Source of the DNA: Eledone cirrhosa
Taxonomy: Eukaryota
DNA: 64,000 nt
NCBI GenBank assembly: GCA_964016885.1
Contig: OZ024757.1
Span: 32,674,001-32,738,000 of the forward strand
Direction: 5' to 3'
In this document: one piece after another, positions 39,201-51,900 of the stretch
Position numbering within the stretch: position 1 is the stretch's first letter
Layout of the letters: each line of letters opens with the position of its first letter
Made by a program: the position numbers and the translations under genes
The notes under the pieces: generated by a model
Told to the model about the DNA's origin: nothing
The model's database searches: none
Seen by the model: only the letters and a program-made list of their open reading frames with translations

Positions 39201-42200
39201 ATATCCTTCCTAATGCCAACCACTTTACAGAATGTACATTTTATTGTGATACCAGCATTACCACTTTATAGACTCTGCTGGGAGCATTTTATTGTGATAC
39301 CATCATTACCACTTTATAGACTGTGCTGGGAGCATTTTATTGTGATACCAGCATTACCACTTTATAGACTGTGCTGGGAGCATTTTATTGTGGCACTAAC
39401 ACTACTTTACAGAGTGTACTGGAATTATTTTTATCATAGAACCAGCACTACTTTACAGAATGTACTGGGAACATTTTATCATAGCACCAGCACTATTTTG
39501 CAGAGTGTACTGGGAACATTTTATAGCACCAGCCCTAAAGGTGTTGTTATGTACTGGCTGCATTTTATCAAAGCACCATTTCTACAGAGGTAGTCAAACC
39601 CTCGACAGGGCCAAATTGTCCCTCTAAACTACCTAGGGACTTTCTATAAAATTTTACTGAATTCACCAAACTAATTTGATGTGGGTTCATAAGGGTCCTA
39701 TGTAAATATATCCAAAAAGTGCTGTAATATTTTCATTTCATTCAATTTACTCTGTAAAATATACTGATTGTTATGTCTTTTGCTAGAAATTGATAAAGAA
39801 GTTGTGAATAATCAAGAAGTAGATGGTACAGCAGAAGAAAATCCGAAGGGTAAGAGGAAAAGTAAGCGCAGCCTCGGTCGACGGAAAACTACCAAGAAAG
39901 CCATGGAGACAGATTCAAAAGCTGATTGTCAAAATTCTGAGAAAATTGAGGCCAGTTCTGAAGAAAAAGGTGAGTGAAATCTGATTGGTTGAAATATTGT
40001 CATCATGACCATCATCATTGTTTAGCATCTGTTCTGCTAGCAAGAGGTGGATGTGTCGTCACAGACTAATCAGTACTCAAGCAAATTCGCTAACTTTCAG
40101 ATGAGCCGGGGACCTGACATACAACCTAAATTTCTACTGGGTACTAAATTTCTAGGTTGTTATGTCCTTGACACAGCTGATGGATCCTCCTGGTTCTTTG
40201 TTTGGAAGGTTTTTTACACCTGGATGCCTTAACCCTTTAGCATTTACATTACTCTATCATCATCATCGTCATCATTTAACGTCCATCTTCCATGCTAGCA
40301 TGGGTTGGATGGGTTTGTCCCACTTGAGGTAAGATTGCTCAGGTGACCGTGTCTCGCTTGTAGAGAACTGTTTCTGACAGGTTTTCTATGGCTGGATGCC
40401 CTTCCTAACGCCAACCACATTTACCGTGTGGACTGGGAGCCTTTTTACCGTATCTCTTACACGACCACTTGACAGTGTGGACTGTGTGCTTTTTTTTGTG
40501 TCACCTACACTCTATATGTACTATTGTATTTTCTCAGTGAAGGTTTTATCTCACGTAATATCGAATCTATGAGCTTTTGATATTTATTTTGAGAACAATA
40601 CCTTAACATCAGTGCGAGTGGCCAATTACAGTCAGTTTGAACAGAAAGAGGTGAGAGAATTCTGGCCAGATGTGGTAGGTTTAAATGCTAAAGGGTTAAC
40701 CAACCACAGGGGATTCTTTAGATCTGTCAAAGTGTTGGTTCCACTTGACTTAACCCTTTCATTATCATAGTTTTGATACAAATACACTGTATTTGAATTA
40801 ATAAAGAATTTGGAGGGGCTTACTAAAATTGTTTTATTATTGAAGTGGTTTTTGCAACATATCATATATAAAATGATGTGCGAAGGACAATGCAATATGA
40901 CTGTTTATATGTTGCTAAGGTAATGCATCCTGCTTATATGTTCAAATTTTAGCATTTTCTATAGTTGAATGCCCTTCCTAACACCACCAACTTTACAGAA
41001 TATACTAGGTGCATTTTATTGTGGCACGAGTCTGAATAGCTAACTTTAATCCTTTCGTTACCTTAATTCTAATTAATGTAGTACATTTCATTTCATTTAA
41101 TTCATGAAGAATTTGGGAGGGATTTACTAAAATTACAAATTATTTTGTTACTAAGATAGTAACTTAACTTATTGTTCTTAAAAAAAATATGTTGGAAGAT
41201 CAGGCACCCTTTAAAATGGGTGATTTTCTTTCATAGAACCAGGCACAGTTTTAGGCAGGTTGATATGAAAAGGGTTTAACTCTTTAGCATTTAAACCAGC
41301 CAGAATTCTCTCACCTTTTTCTGTTTAAGCCAGCTGTAACTGGCTACTCATACTGATGTTAAGGTGTTCTCAAAATAAATATCAAAATCTCTTTATAATA
41401 TAACTTAACAAAGGTTCTTACATCTGTTCTCTCCTAATTTGTTTATTACTATTATTATTTCCCAGGCTGTGATATTCTATGGACAGAAAAGTACCAGCCA
41501 CAGCAATCTTCTGAAATAATCGGTAATAGTAACAATGTGAAGAAACTAAAATCTTGGCTTATGGAATGGAAACAAAGAACTGATCGAGAGGCACGTAAAT
41601 TAAAAAAGTTATTGATGAAACAGAAGAAATCTAAGAAGAACAAAGGTAAGAATCATTGTCTCCACTTCACCTCAAATATGATAAACAAACAAGTGTTTTA
41701 AGGCCATTTTCCCTTCTAAAGCAGGAGTTAGCTTTACAGGGGGCCCTATGATAAGCATAACAAACAAGCATTTTAAGGCCATTTTCCCTTCTAAAGCAGA
41801 GGTTGGGTTTACAGTGACCCCCATGATAAACAAGTTTTTTATGGCTTTTTCCCTTCTAAAGCTTGGGTGAGCTTTTCAGGGGGGCCCCCCATGATAAGCA
41901 TGACAAACAAACAATTGTTTTAAGGCCATTTTCACTTCTAAAGCAGGGTTTAGCTTTACAAGGACCCCCATGACAAGCTTTTTGCCCTATAATCTGCATC
42001 CCCCCTCACCAACATTCTGGCTTTCATTTCCTCCTCCATCATCTTTAGATATGTTTTTCTTAGACTTCCCCTTCCTCTACTTCCTTCCATATTTATTTCT
42101 ATCATCCTTCTCGGAGTCACTTTCATCTTTCCTCAACATAAGACCCAATCATCTCATTCCATTTCTCTTCACAACATTCATCACTGGCTCTATTCCCATC

Positions 42201-45200
42201 AACTTCAATGATGAAAAATGCATAAATTAATTGAAAAGATTTGATCTAGCTGTAACTTCATATTTACCTCTTAACAACCTGTACCACATAAAACCACAGT
42301 AGCAAGTCAGTCTTGAAAAGTACAAAACGGGACTGTGACTGCATCACATTTAAAATTATAATCTTTATTCTAATGCTGTAAAAACCTCTTCACAATGATC
42401 TATCCACTAATAAAGATATTATAAACGTTTGAATTAACAACCCTCTTTGTAGACATTTGTTCTGCTAAATCATTAAGAGCTAACCCTTTAGCATTTAGAT
42501 TACTCTATATATACTATTATATTTTCACAGTAAAGGCTTTACTTCACATAATGATCACACATAATATCGAATCTATGAGATTTTGATAATGTTTATTTTG
42601 AGAACAATACCTTAACATCAGTGTAACCGGCCGGTTTGAACAGAGAGAGAGGTGAGAGAATCCTGGCTGGTTTAAGTGCTAAGGGGTTAAATTCATATTT
42701 TTTTCATTCTTTTCTGAGTGGTTAAGACATGACACTTAACATATTTTAGCCTGTTTCTATAATTCAGTTTCTTGTTTCATTTATTTTGATAGAGGAGGAC
42801 AGCAGCTCTAGCGTATCATGGAATGAAGATGAGAGTGACTTTGTTTTATCAACAAGTGATAGTGAAGAGGATTCTATGTGTAATACTAAACTCCTCACCG
42901 GACCTCAAGGAATTGGAAAAACTGCTTCTGTTTATGCTTTGGCCATGGAACTTGGTTATCAGGTTGGTTTCACTTAGTATTGACATTTATGGCAATACTT
43001 GCAACAAAATTGTCTTTGTGTATGCGTAAGCCTTTAGCATTTACATTACTCTATATTTACTATTGTATTTTCACACTAAACACTTTATTTCATATAATTA
43101 TCTCACATAAGGTTGAATCTAGGAGATTTTGATATTATTTATTTTGAGAACAATACCTTAACATAAGTTTGAGCAGCTGGTTATGGCCAGTTTGAACAGA
43201 AAGAGGTGAGATAATTCTGGCCGGATACGGCTGGTTTAAATGCTAAAGGGTTAAGATGAAAAGCCTGCACTGAGAGCAGAGAGCAAACCCTCAGCAAGGC
43301 AAAAACATAATGCTTGAATTCCTATGTTAATGATATAGATAATGAAGAATCAGGCTATAGATTGAACCATAAAATCCAGATGTTCCTTAATAGCATCGAT
43401 GCTACTTGGCACTGGTGGAGGGAACGATACTGTCAAAAAATGCAGAAATTGTTGAGATCTCTCGTCAATAGCTGATGAATGTAATAGCCTGCTGTGCAAG
43501 CTGTATGTAGAATATATATATATATATATATATACATACACAGATAGACATGTATATATATGAATGTTGACTAAAAGGTTCATAGGCTGGGCCGACCAAG
43601 ATACTCTCACGGAATGACCAAATAAGGTTTATTTTTCAACATAGTCACTAGAAAGAAACAATGTAGTTATTAATAAGAAGAGTTGAAATTAAAGCATGCA
43701 GGATTTCACAGTCAGCCTATGAATTTTTCAGCCAGCCACCGTGTGTGTGTGTATATATATATATATATATCATGTAATTGACCAGCGAGAGAAAAGAGTA
43801 CTCAATACCAAAGTAGAGTTTATTCATTTATGGCTAAGTAGTGCGTCTTGTTAATCTGGAGTTTCACCTGCAAACAGAATCATCCTGTGTATAGCAGGTG
43901 AAACTCCAGAGTAACAAGACACACTACTTAGCCATAATAAATGAAGATATATAAATATCATAAGGGTTTAGATTGATATCCAATGATTTTGATCTTGTTG
44001 CTTACAATTAACATATCCATAACATGGCTTAGTGGTTAGATCATTGGCCTTGCCAAGGTTGTGAGTTCAATTCTCAGACCGGGTGATGTGTTGTTTCCTT
44101 GAGCAAGACACTTTATTTCACATTGCTCCAGTTTACTCAGCTGTAGAAATGGGATGATAGGGACTGGGTTCCTTATCATTCCACTACAAAGTGGACATGT
44201 AGGCTCCACAAAAAAAAAAAAGCACCCAGCACTCACTGTAAAATGAGGTTGGTGTTAGGAAGGGCATCCAGCTGTAGAAATGAAGCCAGAATCAGTTCCC
44301 GTCCCACCCTTGCAAGCAGGGAAAAGCGGACGTAAAATGAAATGCTGATGATGATGATTTGGAGCACACACACATAGGATGAGATGTAAGTTAACATCCT
44401 CAACCTGAAGCCTTAGCCATGAAATCAAAATGTAATTATTTTAACAGCTTAACCCTTTAGCATTTAAACCGGCCATATCTGGCCAGAATTTTCTCACCTC
44501 TTTCTGTTGAAACTGGCCCCTCATACCAATGTTATGGTATTGTTCTCAAAATAAATATCAACATCTCGAAGATTCGATATTAAGTGAGATAATTATGTGA
44601 AATAAACCTTTTACTGGGAAAATACAATAGTAAATATAGAGTAATGTAAATGCTAAAGGATTAACATATGAAAACTTTAAAGTACTCACAATTTCATCAA
44701 TCGAAATGACCAGTATCCTCCTAGTTTAGCTCACAAAAAGCTGCAGGAATACAAAAATCCACGTGTAGGTTTGTACAGTACTGTTTCGAGTTCAGGAGGG
44801 AATCCGTTGGTCATCGATTAATCGCTCGCTCTGATCGATCAACAAGATCGTAGACCTCATTCACTTGCCGAGTGGGGTGGACCTTGTCAAATTAAACCAA
44901 GGAAACAATGTTTCCACTGGTCTTTCCATTGCTGATACTATCTTCCAGTCACAATTCCTGGCAGAAAATCATTGATTAATAATAAATCAATAATCCTGAA
45001 TATATATATATATATATCATCATCATCGTTTAACGTCCATCTTCCACGCTAGCATGGGTTAGACGGTTTTGTTCCATGTGATGCGGGAATGGTCGGGAGA
45101 CTGTGTCTCACTTGCACGGAAGTGTCTCTAACAGCTTTTATTTTACAGCTGGATGCCCTTCTTAACACAAACCCCATTTACAGTGTGGACTGGGAGCCTT

Positions 45201-48200
45201 TTCAACGTGTCTCCTACATGGCCACCTTACAGTGTGGACTGTTGTGTCATTGACACAGTAGACGGAACGAGAGAGGGGGGATGGGGTGGGGTGTACATTG
45301 GGTTAAGAGATGCCTACTGACTGTAAGTTTGAATGCAATGGCAGTTGGGTCTTCTTTACAACTGCATGGCACCAAAGGTCTCGATCCAGTGTCATTGTCT
45401 TGGAGAGGTGTAGGTGAGCAAAGTCAGTTTTTATCACCTCATCCCATATATATATATATTTTTTTTTTATAGGTATTTGAAATGAATGCTTCATCGATTC
45501 GCAGTGGGAAGAAAATATTAACCCGGCTACAAGAGGCCACCCAATCCCATCAAGTGAATAAAGACAAATATGACTTAACGGTGTCTTCTCAATCATCAAC
45601 AGGTAAAATATTCAATAGGCCCTGCCTGGTTCTTTTCTTCTCAAAGTTTTCTTTGAGAAAACACTCTTACATAAAATGTTGATGTTTTAACCCTTTAGCA
45701 TTTACATTACTCTATATTTACTATTGTATTTTCACGGCAAAGGCTTTATCTCACATAATATCGAAGCTACGAGATTTTGTTATTTATTTTGAAACTAATA
45801 CATTAACTTATGAGCAGCCAGTTTGAACAGAAAGAAGTGAGAGAATTCTGGCAAGATACAGCCAGTTTAAATGTTAAAGGGTTAAAAAATTCAGGCTCCA
45901 AATATTTGTATTTTGTCTGTCTGTATGCAGATGTGGTGAGACCCACATTAGAAAAAGCAAAATGAATGTTTCACTTCGGAAGAGAGATGACTCAAAAAGC
46001 AGCAGAAGTAACAATACTACAGCATGTCCAAATGTTAAGAAGTTCGCTCCACAATTTATTGGTCCTAAGTTCAATGCATGGCATTTTGAGTGAATGTGAT
46101 TTACCATATCCTTGCATCGACCCAGAAACAGTTCTGTATGAACAAGACACGATCACCTGATATGACTTGTCTCATAACGCAACTCATCTAACCCATGCTA
46201 GTATGGAAAATGGACAATAATCCTTTAGCATTTACATTATTCTATATTTACTATTGTATTTTCACAGTAAAGACTTTATCTTAAATAATTAATCTCACAT
46301 AACATCAAATCTATGAGATTCTGATGTTATTTATTTCGAGAACAATACCTTAACGCACATATGAGCGGCCAGATACGGCCGGTTTGAACAGAAAAAGGTG
46401 ACAGAGCTCTGGCTGGATATGGCCGGTTTAAATGTTAAAGGGTTAATCGGTGATGATGTGTACTAAATGTTAGCTACATCACCATACACACATACTCAGA
46501 AGTTTCTACAAAATTATATAATTAAATTTAAAAAATAAATTTTCTCTTTCAGATGGTTCCCAGAAGAATCCTGATATTCCATCATTTTCTAACTTCTTCA
46601 AGACTTCTTCAAACTGTTCTGTGTCTAATAAGAATTCAAAATCTGTAAAGAACTCACTTAGTGCTTCTAGTGTGGCGAAAAAGGTGGGACCATCTAATAA
46701 ATGGCAGAAGATAGAGAAAGGTTCCTGTGAGTTATTTCAGTTGATTTAGTGTGTGCAGTTGTATGCATAGGAACATTTATGTGTGTATTTACATGGATGT
46801 ACAAGTATGTGTATATGTTTGCATGTACATGTGAGGGCTGGCTGAAGTGTTCATAGGCTGATTATGAAGGAAAGATGCTAGAACTGTGAAATCTTGCATG
46901 CATGAATTTCAACTCTTCTTGTTAATAACTGCATTGTTTCTTTTCCAGGGACTATGTTGAAAAATAAACCTCATTTGGTCATTCCATGAGAGTATTTTTG
47001 TCAGCCCAGCCTATGAACTTTTTAGCCAACTCTTGTATATGTGCAATTTCCATAGTTCAGTGTTATTGTTGGTCAACCCAAAATCAAATCGGTCTATTTA
47101 TTATTTCATCAACCATTCTTCACTCCCCGCCCCCATCTCATAGAACTTTGTGCCTTTGTGAAAAACTTTTATTGTGCCAAAAGTAGAATCGAATATTGTT
47201 TTTATTAACCCTTTTGTTATCAACCCGGCTGAAACTGGCTCTGGTTCCATAAAATAAAATCACCCATTTTAAGGGTTTCCAATTTAAATTAAAATCTTCC
47301 AACATAATTTCATATGAAAACCTTACATTAAGTTACTATCTTGGTAATGAAATAATTAATAATTTAAGTAAATCCTTCCCAAATTCTTTATAAATTAAAT
47401 TAAATAAAATGTATTACATTAGAATTAAGGTAATGAAAGGATTAAAGTTAGCTATTCAGACTCGTGCCTACAACAAAATGCATCTAGTACACTCTGTAGA
47501 GTTGCTGATGTTAGGAAGGGCATTCAACTGTAGAAAATGCAAAATTTGAACATATAAGCAGGATGTATTGTCTTGACAACATTGGAAGAGTCAACGCACT
47601 GTCCTTCAACCATAATTTTATATGTGAACCATATGTTATGTTGCAAAAACCATCTTAATATTAAACAATTTTAGTAAATTCCCCAAAATTCATTATTAAT
47701 CAATTGAAGTAGAGTGTATTTCGTTTGAAATATAGTCATGAAAGGATTAATGAGGGCATTAGGTTGGCAGAATTGTTGTTGTGTCAGATGAAATGCATTG
47801 CATCAGTATCGGTAGAGCGTTGGACAACATGCTTTCTGGCATGTAGTTACATCCCTTTGCGTTCTGAGTTCTAATCCCGCAAAGGTTAGCTTTGCCTTTT
47901 GTCCTTACTGAGTCGATAAAATAAAACACCAGTAATGCACTGGGGTTGATTCAATCAACTTACCCTCCCCCAAAATTGATGGCCTTGTGCCTAAATCAGA
48001 AACCATTATTATTATTAAGGGCAGTGGATTGGCAGTATCTGTAGAGGGTTGGACGCCATGCTTTCCAGCATAGTTACGTCCCTTTACGATCTGAGTTCAA
48101 ATCCCGCCGAGGTTGACTTTGCCTTTCATCCTTACGAGGTCGATAAAATAAAGTACCAGTAATGCACTGGGTAATTGCTGGCCTTGTGCCTTGTGCCTAA

Positions 48201-48942
48201 AGTAGAAACAATTATTATTATTATTATTATTTTATTTTTATAACTAGTGCCTGCTGCAAAAAAATCAATACCTCGATGTATTTTCCGTAAATCACCTGGG
48301 ACAGGTTCTTGGAAGAAGATTGATATTGTTGAGAACAGTAACCTGGATTTGAACCACAAAACTCCTGTATTGAATTCTACTGAGAAGGTTTCAAATAGAC
48401 TCAACATTGTCAGTACATCTCTCATTCTTTTTGATGAAGTAAGTAATCATCATCGTTTTATGTCCAATTTTCCATGCTCGCATTGGTTGCTTTACAACCA
48501 AATACCCTTCCTGAAGCCAACCCATTTAGTCACTCCTTACAACATGCTGGGATAAAGTCTACCTATTCTAAAACCTGGGATACACATGGCAATATATGTG
48601 GCACTAACATAGCATGGTTCATCATTGGAGTGTATATGGAAGTATATACGATATGTTTATGTAAAATAAACATATCTTGTATACTTTCATATACACCCCT
48701 ATGATATATATAACAGTCGATCGACAAGATCCCAGACCTCATCAAATCGGACCAAGGAAACAATGTTTCCATTGGTCTTTCCAATTGCTAATACTATCTA
48801 CTGGTCACAAATCCAAGCAGAAGAAGCAACGTGAAATAAAGTGTCTTGATCAAAGACGTAACGCATCACCCGGTCTGGGAATTGAACTCAGAACCCCACA
48901 ATTGCAAATCCAATTCTCCAACTATTCAACCACACGCCTTCA

Positions 48943-48977
<35 letters not shown>

Positions 48978-51900
48978 GAAAAATTTGAACAGGGACAGAA
49001 CAGAGAGGCAGTACAATAAATGTTTATTAAATTCACGCTCAGGAGAGTGGGGGGTAGGTGGGGGACGACATTTCGGGCATAAGCCCTTCCTCAGGTGAGA
49101 AGTGTGTGGGAACAGAGTTCAAAAGGTGTGTAGGGGAGTGGTGGAGAGACATATAGCGAAAGGAAACGGTGCGAATGAAAAATTAACAAATAAAGACATA
49201 AAAAATAAAAATAATAAAAATAAAAATAATAAAAAATTAAAATTAAAATTAAAAATAAAATATATATATATATATATCCAGTCAGAACGTGAAATAAAAT
49301 ATTTTGCTCAAGAATACAGTACACCACTTGTGAGTCTGTCAGCCTAACCACTAGGCCACGCACCTTCACGTGTGTGTGTGTGTGTATATATATATACACA
49401 CACACACACACAACCATTACATATATCATCATCATCATTTTTATGAACACTGTTTTATGGCAATGTTTTTCAGTCGGATGACCTTCCTGACATCAACCCT
49501 TTTAATCACCTCTTACAATACACAGTGATGATGGTAGTGGTTGTGGTGGAGGGGGTTTTGTCAGCAATGGTGGGATTGGTGGCTGCAACAATACAGAGCA
49601 ATGACACAATAAAATACCTTTTAGTATTTACTTACACCCTTTTCCATTTTGATTTTTGTGTCCTTCACTGGCTGTAGGGGTTGGTTTCACTGTCATATAT
49701 ATTTCTATTTATTAATTTGCAGGTTGATGTTGTCTTTGAAGAAGACAAAGGATTTTGGGCAGCTATTCTTCAATTTATGTCTTCTACCAAACGACCAATT
49801 ATTTTGACTGCTACATCGGCAGACTTTAGTGAACAATTTATTGGGTCTTGTGAACCCCTACATTTTCACACCCCATCTACAGTAAGTTTCCTTCATTTTG
49901 ACCCTTTTGATACAAAACTGCCTAAAATTTCGCTTTGTTCTGTTAAATGAAACTGTTTACAGGTAAAATTTTGTTATAATGAATGCCATTATAACGAATC
50001 TTTCATTTTTCAATCCCAAAGGTAATAAACAAACAAACGCTTGATTTGTTTGTCAAATTTTTTGCTACAACAAATTTTTTTTATACCCCGTGAATTTTGT
50101 TATAACAGAATTTCACTGTATTTTAAAATGTTTATCATCATCATCGTTTTAACATCAACTTTACCATGCTAGCATGGGTTGGACAGGTCTTTTTTAGGCA
50201 GTTTTTTTAGTGGTATGCAGAGTGGAACTGCATACGTTCATGCCCGTGCATGGTTTATTGGCAAACTCGCTGGATGCATCAGTCGCTGTCATGCAGCTAG
50301 GATGCAACATGCTGTACTTCTTACTCATCGCTTTTTCATTTCAACCATGATGATAGAATGTGTGAAGCAATGATCTTGCATCAAGTTTTTCTGAAAGCTT
50401 GGAAATACCCAAACAGAAACAATTCATAAAATTCAACAGGCTTTTGTTTACAATGAAAAAAGAGTACTATAAGGAAGTGATCTGACATCATTGTGATGCT
50501 ATTCGGTGCAAGAGATCTGATCTGTGGGCCTCACAAAACTGGCAGTTGCATCATAGCAATGCCCTGGTTCATTCATCACAGCTTATCCAAGGTTTCTTGG
50601 CAAAGAAAGGTACTTCATTTATTCACTAGGCTCCCTATAGAGCTCCTGACTTTTGGTTGTTCCCAGAAATGAAGATGCCACTAAACGGCTTCTGTTTTGA
50701 GAGCTGAGGGGACACCATGCACACTGCTATGACAGCCAAGAGCCTTTCTGGAAGAAGCATTTCAGATGTGCCTTAAACAGTGGTAGAATCACATGAAGGT
50801 ACATGGAGCCTGCTTTGAAGGGAATTAACAATTGAACACTACATTAATAATTTTTCTTTTGAAATAGACCTCATATATATTTTTAGCATTTATCATCATC
50901 ATCTAGTTTTTGATTATGCAGGACACAATTAATCCCTAAGTAGGGGTGTGTCGTGCCTGACTGCACTCCTTAGCGTCCCACTTCATGTGTTTCTGACCAC
51001 CGGTCTCACTTGGGCCAGGCCTAGCTTGATTCCAATGGTCTTCCTGGGTCTCTACTGCCTCATGGATCGACATTCATCACTTATTATATATTTATATTAT
51101 TTTTTATTTCATATTTATTTATATATGGTTTTTGTGTTTATATATTGGAACATGTGTGAATTCCTTGGTATATTTAAAAAAAGGAAAAGTGTGACTTTAC
51201 TTGTAGTTCTAAACAATTTAATTTTATAATATATATATACACACACATATACATATGATGTAAATTTTAGCTATTTTCTCTTTTTTTATTTCTTTTTTAG
51301 AAAACATTAACAAGTCATTTTCAAACGTTGTGTTTGGCTGAAAATGTTGTGACAAAAGCTTCTGAAATATCTGACATGGTTACTCATTACAGCGGTGATA
51401 TCAGGTCCTGTCTGTTAGCTCTACAGTTCTGGGTAGACTCTGGTGCTTCTGGTGCACAAGTCAACATCCCTCTATCACAAGTCAGTCGTAATAACCACTC
51501 TAACAACAACAAGTCTGACCCTGACCTCCTCTACATTGAAACTACTGAGCAAGTTACTGCTGTCAAGCAAGAGAAACAGTTGGAATTAAAAGACACTGAT
51601 GTCACTAAACAGGAATTTGCTGCACACCAATATTCTTTGGAGAGTTATTTGGCCATAGATGCACATCAGTTCCAGTTGCTGCAGCTTGAAAATGTTTCGT
51701 CAAAGGTATTTAAAATCTTCAACCTTTTTAATTACAGAAAAGACATTGTTCTGATTGTGATGTAATTGAGCAGATCTGAGAAAGGATAATGTTGTGGTGT
51801 GACTAAATAGATTTCAGAAACGTGGTCGTTGTGGTGTGACTAAATAGATTTCAGAAATGTGGTTGTTGTGGTGTGACTAAATAGATTTCAGAAACGTGGT

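Noticed and set aside
45931-46160. Extra ATAD5 exon after ...gtatgcag
   Set aside because: In the required phase it reaches TGA after about 11 codons; exons 45602 and 46553 already join in phase; a poison exon cannot be excluded without RNA data
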